Assembly: GCA_040954595.2 (NCBI GenBank)
Contig: CM082579.2
Coordinates: forward strand, 14,980,550 to 15,044,549
DNA: 64,000 bases
Source of the DNA: Balanoglossus misakiensis
Lineage: Eukaryota; Animalia; Hemichordata
Reading direction: 5' to 3'
Positions 1 to 12,400 of the stretch are shown here, piece after piece. A model generated the notes under the pieces. The model made no database searches. It saw only the letters and a program-made list of their open reading frames with translations, and had not been told where the DNA came from. The position numbers were made by a program, and so were the translations under genes. The number at the start of each line of letters is the position of its first letter. Position 1 is the first letter of the stretch.

Positions 1-127
1 TCTTCTGTCGCGTACGACTTTTTATCCAGAAGGCAATTATTATGTGATTTGATCCCCTAGCACAAAATAAAAGGCAGCCAGGATTACACCAAACCTGTGG
101 ATTGAATTCATTATTCCTTGTTTGGTA

Positions 128-586
128 TTTTTAGCTTGGCTGTCACTTGTGTCAGCCAAGCTGTAGCAGTAGGTTGATAAGTGTCCGTCTGTCGTCCGGC
201 GTCCGTTGTCCGTCGTCCGTCAACTTTCGGTATTTCAATCTTCTTCTCCCTAACTACATGTACGATGGAGCTGAAATTTGGTAGAATGTGTGTTATGGTG
301 CTCCTACCTGATTTTGTTTTATTGGAATTTTGATCGGGTCATGAATATGCAAATTAGTACCTTGGTACTTCCTTTTGATGTTGTTCTTTAGGAATAAATT
401 CTTTCTTTCTTTAGCACAATGAATCAGGCTGAATGTGGATATTAAATACTTGTGATGTCTATGTTTGGTTTTGTTTAATAGAATACAATTGTTATGATTA
501 AAACCTAGGGTATTCATATCATTGCCCAGCTATAGGTTTCACTGTTAAAGTCAGCAGAGCTCTTTTGACCGATAGGTCACTTGTTT
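128..586 (+). mobile_element. Helentron/DINE-1-like non-autonomous element (HINE-like)
   Basis: 5' T-run followed by hairpin agcttggctg..cagccaagct, a GTCY microsatellite (gtccgtctgtcgtccggcgtccg), and a 3' short stem-loop tgacc-gata-ggtca followed by cttgttt. Confidence 0.6.
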
Positions 587-594
587 CTTTAAAG

Positions 595-779
595 GTTGCC
601 AGGGAATTGAAATTCTGCGTAGTTTTGGCACGATTCAGTCACCAGGGTATGATGTTAGCACTTACCCTGATGATGTTATGTGTAGCTGGTTAATCAAGGA
701 ACCAACTGGAAGACCATTAACTCTTATCTTTGATGAGAACTTTGGATTAGAGAGGAACACAGATGTTGATTACATCATT
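595..779 (+). CDS. uninflatable-like CUB/CCP/EGF protein, CUB domain N-half exon
   Basis: aaag| ... |gtgagt splice sites; encodes (G)CQGIEILRSFGTIQSPGYDVSTYPDDVMCSWLIKEPTGRPLTLIFDENFGLERNTDVDYII, containing the CUB motifs G.I.SPGY, YP, C.W.I and DY. Confidence 0.88.
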
Positions 780-946
780 GTGAGTATCAGATATGATCAT
801 GAGTCAGCCATGTTAAAAATATTTGTCATATTAAAAAATTTGTCATATTATTTTGCAGTGATTTTAGTTTGACAATTTTGGCAGACATTACTTCAAACTA
901 TACAACTTTGGAACACAATTTGGAAATTTAATTAATCACATATATA

Positions 947-1152
947 CTGTAAAACGGGATACTTTTGCAACATGAAATTTTCGCGTTATCAAAAGAGGCA
1001 AGTGTTATGCAACAATAACTTTTCACGTTCTTGTATTTCACTGCATCATTATCCCCGAAAAACATTTTTACGCAACTTTTTATTTTCATGTTTTGATGGC
1101 TCTCACGTAGATCGCGAAAATTTATTGTTTGCGAACATTTCCCATTTTACAG
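947..1152. mobile_element. TA-flanked MITE (CTGTAAAA...TTTTACAG family)
   Basis: ta|ctgtaaaacggga ... cccattttacag|ta terminal inverted repeats; related copies at 1199-1393, 1626-1832, 4448-4640 and 22548-22747. Confidence 0.75.
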
Positions 1153-1198
1153 TATGTTGAGTAGCTGTTACAGCAGGAAATGCAACAAGGATTGAATA

Positions 1199-1393
1199 CT
1201 ATAAAATTTTCGTGAACGATAAATTTTCGTAAACTATGTGAGAGCCAAAAAATATGAAAATAAAAAGTCGCTTAAAATGCTTCAGAGATAACAATGCAGT
1301 AAAATATGCCAATGTGAAAATTAATTGTCGCGTAACAGTAGCCACCTTTGATATCGCGAAAATTTCCTGTTGTGAAGATTTCCCGTTTTACGG
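1199..1393. mobile_element. TA-flanked MITE, diverged copy in opposite orientation
   Basis: ends tcccgttttacgg|ta; internal sequence is the reverse-complement homologue of 947-1152. Confidence 0.6.
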
Positions 1394-1432
1394 TATTTAC
1401 AATGCATGCTTAATTTGTCTTTGTTTCTGAAG

Positions 1433-1616
1433 GTATACAATGGTACTGAGAGTGATGATGATGTCATTATTGGTCCATGGAGTGGCAATTCTGATGGAGT
1501 CATTGATGGCACAGTGCCACCACCCGATTGCCGTACAGACATTGGACACTTTTCGGTTGTGTTCAGGAGTAGTAGAACACGACCAGCTAAAGGATTCAGG
1601 GCTTCATTTTCACCAG
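1433..1616 (+). CDS. uninflatable-like protein, CUB domain C-half exon
   Basis: tgaag| ... cag|gtac; phase 0 start matches the previous exon; encodes VYNGTESDDDVIIGPWSGNSDG...FSVVFRSSRTRPAKGFRASFSP (CUB V.F.S...GF.A.F motif). Confidence 0.88.
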
Positions 1617-1625
1617 GTACACATA

Positions 1626-1832
1626 CTGTAAAACACTTTATTTTCACGAGTTGAAATTTTTCGCGACATCGAGAGAGGCCACTGTTTCGCCAGTATTAAT
1701 TTTCGCGTTCTCTTATTTCATTCATTGCATCTTTATCTTCAAAAAAATTACGCAACTTTTTATTTTCACGCTATTTTGGCTCTCGCGTATTTCGCGAAAA
1801 TCTCTTGCTCGCGAAAATAAAGTGTTTTACAG
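1626..1832. mobile_element. TA-flanked MITE, intact copy
   Basis: ta|ctgtaaaacactttattttc ... gaaaataaagtgttttacag|ta, a ~20-bp perfect TIR. Confidence 0.85.
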
Positions 1833-2053
1833 TAACTTACTAACATTTCAGAAAAAGTTGTTACAGAATTCTTAGAAACACACTCTCCCTTTATTCCTTG
1901 TGATTTAGAGTCATTAATTGAAAGGTGCAAATGTTTTTGAATTTTTACGAAACTTCAAAGAGCTGGAAAAACAGAGACAGTAATTTCTTACAATTGCAAT
2001 GCAATTTTGGACCATTGACAGGAATGGCAACACTCTTGTATCACACTCAATAA

Positions 2054-2277
2054 AGTGATGGGGTCGTCGCACTGCGTTTGTTTGTTTATAAACATTGCAA
2101 TTCATCCACAAATCCCTGAAATTAGACAGCCACGACCTACTAGGATCTTCAGTTGCTGTCATGGACAGTCTAGGATACTGTCAGCTGCTTCGTTCATTCT
2201 AAGAATTATCTTATTTGAGGGATTTGTGGATGAATTGTAATGTTTATAAACAAACGCATTGCGACGACCCCTTCACT
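2054..2277. mobile_element. palindromic MITE with TTAA-type flank (Kolobok-like)
   Basis: ~60-bp inverted arms agtgatggggtcgtcgc...catccacaaatccc / gggatttgtggatg...gcgacgaccccttcact, followed by ttaa. Confidence 0.7.
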
Positions 2278-2352
2278 TTAAAACAACTGACATTTATGAG
2301 TTTAAGTATTTGTCTGCATGCATTCTTATCATTGTGATCCTTGTTCTGACAG

Positions 2353-2455
2353 ACTGTCCCGAAATTGTGATTAGTGAGGGCGTGGTGACCAGTACAGAGA
2401 TAGAAGGTATGATGTCTCTGTCTCATTCCAATGCTCGGACGGTTATCCAGTAGTT
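2353..2455 (+). pseudogene. disrupted CCP (sushi) exon of the uif-like gene
   Basis: ctgacag| acceptor in phase 1; reads DCPEIVISEGVVTST, then after a frameshift DRRYDVSVSFQCSDGYPVV; the second half of the domain is replaced by MITE sequence starting at ttaa 2454-2457. Confidence 0.75.
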
Positions 2456-2457
2456 AA

Positions 2458-2645
2458 AGGGGATGTCCGGTCTAGCTGATATCTACATAATTTTGTAGCT
2501 TTGAGGTCACTCTTTCAGGAAAAAAAAACATTTTCGCCGTGTATAAGTCGTACCAGCTATGCAAATATGCCTAGCCTGGTGTCTTGTATCCAAGATAATT
2601 AATGAAAAAAGTGCAGTGATGAGAGAGACTTAATTTGTCTCTTGA
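2458..2645. mobile_element. chimeric Kolobok-like MITE remnants
   Basis: left part aggggatgtccgg...tagctttgaggtca matches the MITE at 6083-6190; right part gtgtcttgtatc..aattaatgaaaaaagtgcag..gagagagact matches the end of the MITE at 34407-34753. Confidence 0.6.
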
Positions 2646-2697
2646 ATCTATTGTTAGCAACAACTTGAATGACACTAATTTGTTGTTTATTTTTTAG

Positions 2698-2877
2698 GAA
2701 TAACATGTGGTGGACCCCCTGAGTGCAGCAATGGAATTCTTACCAATGTTACCAGTACAGTGTATGGTGGCATTGCTTATTATCAATGCATTGAGGGCTA
2801 TCAGTTTATAAATAATGTGTCTTCATTGGAATGCCAAGCAGATGGTGTCTGGGGTCCACTTGTGCCCCAATGCGAGC
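2698..2877 (+). CDS. uninflatable-like protein, CCP/sushi exon (absent from ORF track)
   Basis: ttttag| ... c|gtaagt, 180 nt, phase 1-1; encodes ITCGGPPECSNGILTNVTSTVYGGIAYYQCIEGYQFINNVSSLECQADGVWGPLVPQCE. Confidence 0.92.
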
Positions 2878-2980
2878 GTAAGTTGATATTTTTGAAAACA
2901 ATTAAACTGCCATTGTAGTGCACACTTAGGAGACGGATTTTCAGAAAAATGTTAGTCCTCTGAACCTTTCAGTGCTTTAA

Positions 2981-3280
2981 AGCCACTAGAGCTGCCACTT
3001 TTTGCATTTATTTTCAGATTTTATTTTCCGACGTAGATTGGTACATTGAAATAATTAAGCTTACTGATAGGGATACAAGAACATGTCATCAATGCCTGAT
3101 TGTGGCTGTATGTTGCAATTTAAACGTGCAATGTATTAAACAGGTGCCGTACCCATTTTATTAAAATCAGCCTCCATACAAACAGTATGCAGCTAGCTAT
3201 CGTGGTATGCATCACCATAGATTTGAAAGGTTTTACTGTGGAAAAGAAAAAAATTGTGAAATTTGGCAGCTCTAGAGGCT
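2981..3280. mobile_element. Kolobok-like MITE with TTAA TSD
   Basis: ttaa|agccactagagctgcca ... tggcagctctagaggct|ttaa. Confidence 0.85.
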
Positions 3281-3578
3281 TTAAAGTGTGTGATGAGTCG
3301 TTTTGAAAACAAAGTATAACACAGGGTGTTCACTGTCATGTTTTCATAAAAATCACTGACTCAAGTTGAAATTCTCTCCATAGCGTTATGATGGGGCACT
3401 TTGTGCTGGTTGCTACATTCCACATGGGTGTCTAATTGGGACATTACACACTGAATGTTAAACCAGACACTGGTAACTTGAAAATATGCAGGATTGTGAG
3501 GGTTACTGCATGTCCCTTTAAACCATTTTCCTAGTATTAACACACTTGTAATGTTATCTGTTCATCTTATCCAAACAG

Positions 3579-3761
3579 CTCGCGAGTGTCCACCACCGAA
3601 TGTAGACAACTACTTATCATATGAAATTGTTAATGGTGATTCATTGATTTTTGGAACAACCGTTGCCTACTCATGTCCATCTGGCTACAGTCTGACTGGC
3701 TACACTGTCTCTACATGTGGTGAAGATGGATCATGGATTGGAGATCCAGGATACTGTCAAC
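3579..3761 (+). CDS. uninflatable-like protein, CCP/sushi exon
   Basis: aacag| ... c|gtaagt, 183 nt, phase 1-1; encodes RECPPPNVDNYLSYEIVNGDSLIFGTTVAYSCPSGYSLTGYTVSTCGEDGSWIGDPGYCQ. Confidence 0.92.
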
Positions 3762-4071
3762 GTAAGTCATTTAAGGATGTACATTCAGTAAAATTGAAAA
3801 TATGGTCATTTCTTTTAATTGTTAATTTTTGGATTATCCTATGTATGTATAATGAAAATTTGTGATAAAATATAGGGGTCACCACGCTTGTTTTTGAAAT
3901 ACAGAGTCATGAATTTAGTCGATAATTGAAAAAAAGGAGTCAATGGTATCTGGACTTTTATAGTGGGAACTTGGGGTGAAAATGTTAAAGTTGTGACAGA
4001 ATACAGATACCCAATATATATACCACAATCAAGTCTGCATCCACATAGTGTTTTATTTTTTTTACTTGCAG

Positions 4072-4254
4072 GATTGAACTGCAGTGATATACTCATAACA
4101 GACCCACATCTACAAGCTGTCCCTGATAGTGGACCATATTATATGGGCAGTAACATCACATTCTATTGTAATGCTGGCTATGAATTAAATGGTGCTGATT
4201 ACCTGACTTGTCAATCCGATTTACAGTGGAATAGTGCAATACCATCATGCATTG
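4072..4254 (+). CDS. uninflatable-like protein, CCP/sushi exon
   Basis: ttgcag| ... g|gtaagt, 183 nt, phase 1-1; encodes LNCSDILITDPHLQAVPDSGPYYMGSNITFYCNAGYELNGADYLTCQSDLQWNSAIPSCI. Confidence 0.92.
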
Positions 4255-4731
4255 GTAAGTTCACATCAAGATTGGTCTTCATGTGGTTGTCTGCTTATGA
4301 GGTACCGTAATCGATCACTCCAGTAATTTGACTATTTATCATAAATGTCACCTAAACTACATGCTGATAGGACATACAGTTCATGCCATGCAAATCTATG
4401 GCTGTCAGAAATTTCATGATTTTCGTAATTTTATTTTTCATTGATTACTGTAAAACAGGAAATTTTCGCGACAAAGAAATTTTTTGCGATATCAAAAGCA
4501 GAAACTGTTATGAGACGATTAATTTTCATGTTCTCGTATTTCACTACATTGTTATCACTGAAAATAGTTTTTTACACAAATATGTCTTTTTTTGGGGGCT
4601 CTTGCATAGTTCGCGAAAATTTGTTTGTGAAAATTTCCTGTTGGTCTGGTGGTTCCCAGCTAAACTTGTTGGTCTGAATTTACCAGCGGACCTGTGGGAT
4701 TTTGATCATATCTTGATGAATAACATTTCAG

Positions 4732-4860
4732 ATATCAATGAATGTAGTACATTGGTGGCACGGTGTGGAATCAATCAAGTCTGTGAAAATAGAGATGGTG
4801 ACTATCAGTGTGCATGTTTGGTGGGATTTGAACCAGATGTGAATGGAACAGCATGCAAAG
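4732..4860 (+). CDS. uninflatable-like protein, calcium-binding EGF exon
   Basis: tttcag| ... g|gtgaga, 129 nt, phase 1-1; encodes DINECSTLVARCGINQVCENRDGDYQCACLVGFEPDVNGTACK. Confidence 0.92.
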
Positions 4861-4984
4861 GTGAGACATAAACAAGTCACTTGCAACATAACTTCAAGTC
4901 ACTATTTTCACATTTAACACATTCCGAACTTATTTCAGAATTCCGGATAAATTTTTGGAATGACCTTTTAATCTCAGGTGTCTT

Positions 4985-5335
4985 TTTCTCATAGGATTAC
5001 ATTGATAATTGCTAGAAAACAAACTTCTACTATTGTCATTTTCACGAAATTTTACACATAGCTCAGTCTAGTAAATATAAATTCATTGGTCAAATAAAAT
5101 TGTGTGATTACAATGCTCTATTTTGAGATAAATTTCTTTAAGGTTTTTGTCCATAGACAAACCATTGGTGAACCATGCTGAGTCAGCAGGTTTCTTCTAT
5201 TATCAACTAAATTAATGGCCTTGTATTTCAAAAGCAAGCAAGGTGACGCCTTTATTTTATCACAGATTCATCTTGTACGTACACAAGATAATCCCAAAAT
5301 TCACGATTAAAAGAAATGACAATACTTTCAATTTT
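4985..5335. mobile_element. interspersed repeat family (non-autonomous DNA element fragment)
   Basis: aaaacaaacttctactattgtc..ttcacgaaattttacacatagctcag..catagacaaaccattggtg recurs at about 46190-46540 (same strand) and 55830-56150 (opposite strand). Confidence 0.65.
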
Positions 5336-5381
5336 ACTGAACGTACATTGTTTTAATCCAATCCATGTTCCTTCTTTGTAG

Positions 5382-5567
5382 ATATAAATGAATGTGCTTC
5401 ACATTCTTGTGATCAACTTTGTAAAAACACTGCAGGTGGTTTTCAATGTTCCTGTGAAGAAGGCTATCTCTTATATGCAAATAACGGCACAGGTGGATTC
5501 TATCTGCCACCTGGAGAAACTGGTTTCTCAATGTATGATGTCTACACTTTTAACCAATCATGTGTTC
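5382..5567 (+). CDS. uninflatable-like protein, cbEGF exon with the long uif-type insert
   Basis: ttgtag| ... c|gtaagt, 186 nt; encodes DINECASHSCDQLCKNTAGGFQCSCEEGYLLYANNGTGGFYLPPGETGFSMYDVYTFNQSCV. The GY.LY..NGT.G....E.G....D.Y..N..CV insert is what I recall from the Drosophila uif EGF repeat. Confidence 0.9.
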
Positions 5568-6082
5568 GTAAGTATCATGTTAAACTATAGAGTTAAAGGT
5601 ATATGATCACCCATGGAAAATTAGCTATATATAGTTACCATGGAAAATTGAAATCTAGCCAATCACAGATTTTCATTTGGTGGCACACGTGGAAAACAGG
5701 CGCCACCATATGTTCTTTAGAATGCTCAAATACGCCATTCAGCCATATATGGGAATGTGTATTGAAGGTGACTGTATACTTTTAACCAAGATTTGTCATA
5801 TTATTGACCTTTATACCGCAATGAATTTGCAGCAACAAAAAGTGGACAAAAAGCTGAATTTCATAATTGGATTTCATAATTTTGCCGTAATTCAATAATG
5901 AAATGTGGAGAAAGTCAGCAGACCAACTTTGCACTGTTATTATTTATTTTGGATTTGTTTCCCTCCTGCTAACAAAAGTGTCCTCTCACCTCATGGCATG
6001 AAGATGCATTGAATTCTGAGAAAAAGGGGATTAATACTTGAGTGTATTTACAAAGACAAACAAGCTCACTGGTAGCATTTAA

Positions 6083-6190
6083 AGGGGAAGTCCGGTTCAG
6101 CTACATAATTGGGTAGCTTTGAGGTCATTCATTCAGAAAAAAACATTGTGTAGAAATTATGCATAAATCAGCTGGACAGGACTTCCATTT
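6083..6190. mobile_element. short Kolobok-like MITE
   Basis: ttaa|aggggaagtccggttcagct ... agctggacaggacttccatt|ttaa. Confidence 0.6.
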
Positions 6191-6400
6191 TAATATTTCC
6201 AAGCAAGGCAATTGGTTTACTGCAACAATTACTTTGAAAACACAGTGTAAAACAACAATCATGATATGAATGTTACTTTAATAGATAGTCATACTTATAT
6301 AAGCATGACTGTCTATGTTGGTCTGTAAGTTGTATTTGAAAGAAAAGTTTCATGTACGAATAGTACAAAGATTGACATTTAGTCCACAAAACCTACCATT

Positions 6401-9400
6401 AACATTAACCAGAGCACACAGTAACCAGGCCAGAGTGGCCAGTATCGTGCCCATTAATTTTGAGTGTTTGATGGGGGTCAACCTTTGCGTGAACATTAAC
6501 CAGAGCACACAGTAACCAGGCCGTAGTGGACAGTGTTCTGCCCATTAATTTTGAGTGTTTGGTGGGGTCAACCTTTGCGTCAACATTAACCAGAGCACAC
6601 AGTAACCAGGCCGTAGTGGACAGTGTTCTGCCCATTAATTTTGAGTGTTTGGTGGGGTCAACCTTTGCGTCAACATTAACCAGAGCACACAGTAACCAGG
6701 CCATAGTGGACAGTGTGCTGCCCATTAATTTTGAGTGTTTGGTGGGGTCAACCTTTGCGTCAACATTAACCAGAGCACGCAGTAACCAGGCCGTAGTGGA
6801 CAGTGTTCTGCCCATTAATTTTGAGTGTTTGGTGGGGTCAACCTTTGCGTCAACATTAACCAGAGCACGCAGTAACCAGGCCATAGTGGACAGTGTTCTG
6901 CCCATTAATTTTGAGTGTTTGGTGGGGTCAACCTTTGCGTCAACATTAACTAGGCCAGAGTGGCCAGTATCGTGCCCATTAATTTTTAGTGTTTGGTGGG
7001 GTCAACCTTTGCGTCAACATTAACTAGGCCAGAGTGGCCAGTATCCTGCCCATTAATTTTGAGTGTTTGGTGGGGTCAACCTTTGCGTCAACATTAACTA
7101 GGCCAGAGTGGCCAGTATCGTGCCCATCAATTTTGAGTGTTTGGTGGGGTCAACCTTTGCGTCAACATTAACTAGGCCAGAGTGGCCAGTATCGTGCCCA
7201 TTAATTTTGAGTGTTTGGTGGGGTCAACCTTTGCGTCAACATTAACTAGGCCAGAGTGGCCAGTATCGTGCCCATTAATTTTGAGTGTTTGGTGGGGGTC
7301 AACCTTTGCGTCAACATTAACCAGAGCACACAGTAACCAGGCCGTAGTGGACAGTGTTCTGCCCATTAATTTTGAGTGTTTGGTGGGGTCAACCTTAGCG
7401 TCAACATTAACCAGAGCACACAGTAACCAGGCCATAGTGGACAGTGTGCTGCCCATTAATTTTGAGTGTTTGGTGGGGTCAACCTTTGCGTCAACATTAA
7501 CCAGAGCACACAGTAACCAGGCCATAGTGGACAGTGTGCTGCCCATTAATTTTGAGTGTTTGGTGGGGTCAACCTTTGCGTCAACATTAACCAGAGCACA
7601 CAGTAACCAGGCCATAGTGGACAGTGTTCTGCCCATTAATTTTGAGTGTTTGGTGGGGTCAACCTTTGCGTCAACATTAACCAGAGCACACAGTAACCAG
7701 GCCGTAGTGGACAGTGTTCTGCCCATTAATTTTGAGTGTTTGGTGGGGTCAACCTTTGCGTCAACATTAACCAGAGCACACAGTAACCAGGCCATAGTGG
7801 ACAGTGTGCTGCCCATTAATTTTGAGTGTTTGGTGGGGTCAACCTTTGCGTCAACATTAACCAGAGCACACAGTAACCAGGCCGTAGTGGACAGTGTTCT
7901 GCCCATTAATTTTGAGTGTTTGGTGGGGTCAACCTTTGCGTCAACATTAACCAGAGCACACAGTAACCAGGCCATAGTGGACAGTGTTCTGCCCATTTAT
8001 TTTGAGTGTTTGGTGGGGTCAACCTTTGCGTCAACATTAACCAGAGCACACAGTAACCAGGCCGTAGTGGACAGTGTTCTGCCCATTAATTTTGAGTGTT
8101 TGGTGGGGTCAACCTTTGCGTCAACATTAACCAGAGCACACAGTAACCAGGCCAGAGTGGCCAGTATCGTGCCCATTAATTTTGAGTGTTTGATGGGGGT
8201 CAACCTTTGCGTCAACATTAACCAGAGCACACAGTAACCAGGCCGTAGTGGACAGTGTTCTGCCCATTAATTTTGAGTGTTTGGTGGGGTCAACCTTTGC
8301 GTCAACATTAACCAGAGCACACAGTAACCAGGCCATAGTGGACAGTGTGCTGCCCATTAATTTTGAGTGTTTGGTGGGGTCAACCTTTGCGTCAACATTA
8401 ACCAGAGCACACAGTAACCAGGCCGTAGTGGACAGTGTTCTGCCCATTAATTTTGAGTGTTTGGTGGGGTCAACCTTTGCGTCAACATTAACCAGAGCAT
8501 ACAGTAACCAGGCCGTAGTGGACAGTGTTCTGCCCATTAATTTTGAGGGTTTGGTGGGGTCAACCTTTGCGTCAACATTAACTAGGCCAGAGTGGCCAGT
8601 ATCGTGCCCATTAATTTTGAGTGTTTGGTGGGGTCAACCTTTGCGTCAACATTAACTAGGCCAGAGTGGCCAGTATCGTGCCCATTAATTTTGAGTGTTT
8701 GGTGGGGTCAACCTTTGCGTCAACATTAACTAGGCCAGAGTGGCCAGTATCGTGCCCATTAATTTTGAGTGTTTGGTGGGGTCAACCTTTGCGTCAACAT
8801 TAACTAGGCCAGAGTGGCCAGTATCGTGCCCATTAATTTTGAGTGTTTGGTGGGGTCAACCTTTGCGTCAACATTAACTAGGCCAGAGTGGCCAGTATCG
8901 TGCCCATTAATTTTGAGTGTTTGGTGGGGTCAACCTTTGCGTCAACATTAACTAGGCCAGAGTGGCCAGTATCGTGCCCATTAATTTTGAGTGTTTGGTG
9001 GGGGTCAACCTTTGCGTCAACATTAACCAGAGCACACAGTAACCAGGCCGTAGTGGACAGTGTTCTGCCCATTAATTTTGAGTGTTTGGTGGGGTCAACC
9101 TTTGCGTCAACATTAACCAGAGCACACAGTAACCAGGCCGTAGTGGACAGTGTTCTGGCCATTAATTTTGAGTGTTTGGTGGGGTCAACCTTTGCGTCAA
9201 CATTAACCAGAGCACACAGTAACCAGGCCGTAGTGGACAGTGTTCTGCCCATTAATTTTGAGTGTTTGGTGGGGTCAACCTTTGCGTCAACATTAACCAG
9301 AGCACACAGTAACCAGGCCGTAGTGGACAGTGTTCTGCCCATTAATTTTGAGTGTTTGGTGGGGTCAACCTTTGCGTCAACATTAACCAGAGCACACAGT

Positions 9401-12400
9401 AACCAGGCCGTAGTGGACAGTGTTCTGCCCATTAATTTTGAGTGTTTGGTGGGGTCAACCTTTGCGTCAACATTAACCAGAGCACACAGTAACCAGGCCG
9501 TAGTGGACAGTGTTCTGCCCATTAATTTTGAGTGTTTGGTGGGGTCAACCTTTGCGTCAACATTAACCAGAGCACACAGTAACCAGGCCGTAGTGGACAG
9601 TGTTCTGCCCATTAATTTTGAGTGTTTGGTGGGGTCAACCTTTGCGTCAACATTAACCAGAGCACACAGTAACCAGGCCATAGTGGACAGTGTTCTGCCC
9701 ATTAATTTTGAGTGTTTGGTGGGGTCAACCTTTGCGTCAACATTAACCAGAGCACACAGTAACCAGGCCGTAGTGGACAGTGTTCTGCCCATTAATTTTG
9801 AGTGTTTGGTGGGGTCAACCTTTGCGTCAACATTAACCAGAGCACACAGTAACCAGGCCATAGTGGACAGTGTTCTGCCCATTAATTTTGAGTGTTTGGT
9901 GGGGTCAACCTTTGCGTCAACATTAACCAGAGCACACAGTAACCAGGCCGTAGTGGACAGTGTTCTGCCCATTAATTTTGAGTGTTTGGTGGGGTCAACC
10001 TTTGCGTCAACATTAACCAGAGCACACAGTAACCAGGCCATAGTGGACAGTGTGCTGCCCATTAATTTTGAGTGTTTGGTGGGGTCAACCTTTGCGTCAA
10101 CATTAACCAGAGCACACAGTAACCAGGCCGTAGTGGACAGTGTTCTGGCCATTAATTTTGAGTGTTTGGTGGGGTCAACCTTTGCGTCAACATTAACCAG
10201 AGCACACAGTAACCAGGCCGTAGTGGACAGTGTTCTGGCCATTAATTTTGAGTGTTTGGTGGGGTCAACCTTTGCGTCAACATTAACCAGAGCACACAGT
10301 AACCAGGCCGTAGTGGACAGTGTTCTGCCCATTAATTTTGAGTGTTTGGTGGGGTCAACCTTTGCGTCAACATTAACCAGAGCACACAGTAACCAGGCAG
10401 TAGTGGACATTGTTCTGCCCATTAATTTTGAGTGTTTGGTGGGGTCAACCTTTGCGTCAACATTAACCAGAGCACACAGTAACCAGGCCGTAGTGGACAG
10501 TGTTCTGCCCATTAATTTTGAGTGTTTGGTGGGGTCAACCTTTGCGTCAACATTAACCAGAGCACACAGTAACCAGGCCGTAGTGGACAGTGTTCTGCCC
10601 ATTAATTTTGAGTGTTTGGTGGGGTCAACCTTTGCGTCAACATTAACCAGAGCACACAGTAACCAGGCCGTAGTGGACAGTGTTCTGCCCATTAATTTTG
10701 AGTGTTTGGTGGGGTCAACCTTTGCGTCAACATTAACCAGAGCACACAGTAACCAGGCCATAGTGGACAGTGTTCTGCCCATTAATTTTGAGTGTTTGGT
10801 GGGGTCAACCTTTGCGTCAACATTAACCAGAGCACACAGTAACCAGGCCGTAGTGGACAGTGTTCTGGCCATTAATTTTGAGTGTTTGGTGGGGTCAACC
10901 TTTGCGTCAACATTAACCAGAGCACACAGTAACCAGGCCATAGTGGACAGTGTGCTGCCCATTAATTTTGAGTGTTTGGTGGGGTCAACCTTTGCGTCAA
11001 CATTAACCAGAGCACACAGTAACCAGGCCGTAGTGGACAGTGTTCTGCCCATTAATTTTGAGTGTTTGGTGGGGTCAACCTTTGCGTCAACATTAACCAG
11101 AGCACACAGTAACCAGGCCGTAGTGGACAGTGTTCTGCCCATTAATTTTGAGTGTTTGGTGGGGTCAACCTTTGCGTCAACATTAACCAGAGCACACAGT
11201 AACCAGGCCGTAGTGGACAGTGTTCTGCCCATTAATTTTGAGTGTTTGGTGGGGTCAACCTTTGCGTCAACATTAACCAGAGCACACAGTAACCAGGCCA
11301 TAGTGGACAGTGTTCTGCCCATTAATTTTGAGTGTTTGGTGGGGTCAACCTTTGCGTCAACATTAACCAGAGCACACAGTAACCAGGCCGTAGTGGACAG
11401 TGTTCTGCCCATTAATTTTGAGTGTTTGGTGGGGTCAACCTTTGCGTCAACATTAACCAGAGCACAGAGTAACCAGGCCATAGTGGACAGTGTTCTGCCC
11501 ATTAATTTTGAGTGTTTGGTGGGGTCAACCTTTGCGTCAACATTAACCAGAGCACACAGTAACCAGGCCGTAGTGGACAGTGTTCTGCCCATTAATTTTG
11601 AGTGTTTGGTGGGGTCAACCTTTGCGTCAACATTTACCAGAGCACACAGTAACCAGGCCGTAGTGGACAGTGTTCTGCCCATTAATTTTGAGTGTTTGGT
11701 GGGGTCAACCTTTGCGTCAACATTAACCAGAGCACACAGTAACCAGGCCGTAGTGGACAGTGTTCTGCCCATTAATTTTGAGTGTTTGGTGGGGTCAACC
11801 TTTGCGTCAACATTAACCAGAGCACACAGTAACCAGGCCGTAGTGGACAGTGTTCTGCCCATTAATTTTGAGTGTTTGGTGGGGTCAACCTTTGCGTCAA
11901 CATTAACCAGAGCACACAGTAACCAGGCCGTAGTGGACAGTGTTCTGCCCATTAATTTTGAGTGTTTGGTGGGGTCAACCTTTGCGTCAACATTAACCAG
12001 AGCACACAGTAACCAGGCCGTAGTGGACAGTGTTCTGCCCATTAATTTTGAGTGTTTGGTGGGGTCAACCTTTGCGTCAACATTAACCAGAGCACACAGT
12101 AACCAGGCCATAGTGGACAGTGTTCTGCCCATTAATTTTGAGTGTTTGGTGGGGTCAACCTTTGCGTCAACATTAACCAGAGCACACAGTAACCAGGCCG
12201 TAGTGGACAGTGTTCTGCCCATTAATTTTGAGTGTTTGGTGGGGTCAACCTTTGCGTCAACATTAACCAGAGCACACAGTAACCAGGCCATAGTGGACAG
12301 TGTGCTGCCCATTAATTTTGAGTGTTTGGTGGGGTCAACCTTTGCGTCAACATTAACCAGAGCACAGAGTAACCAGGCCATAGTGGACAGTGTTCTGCCC

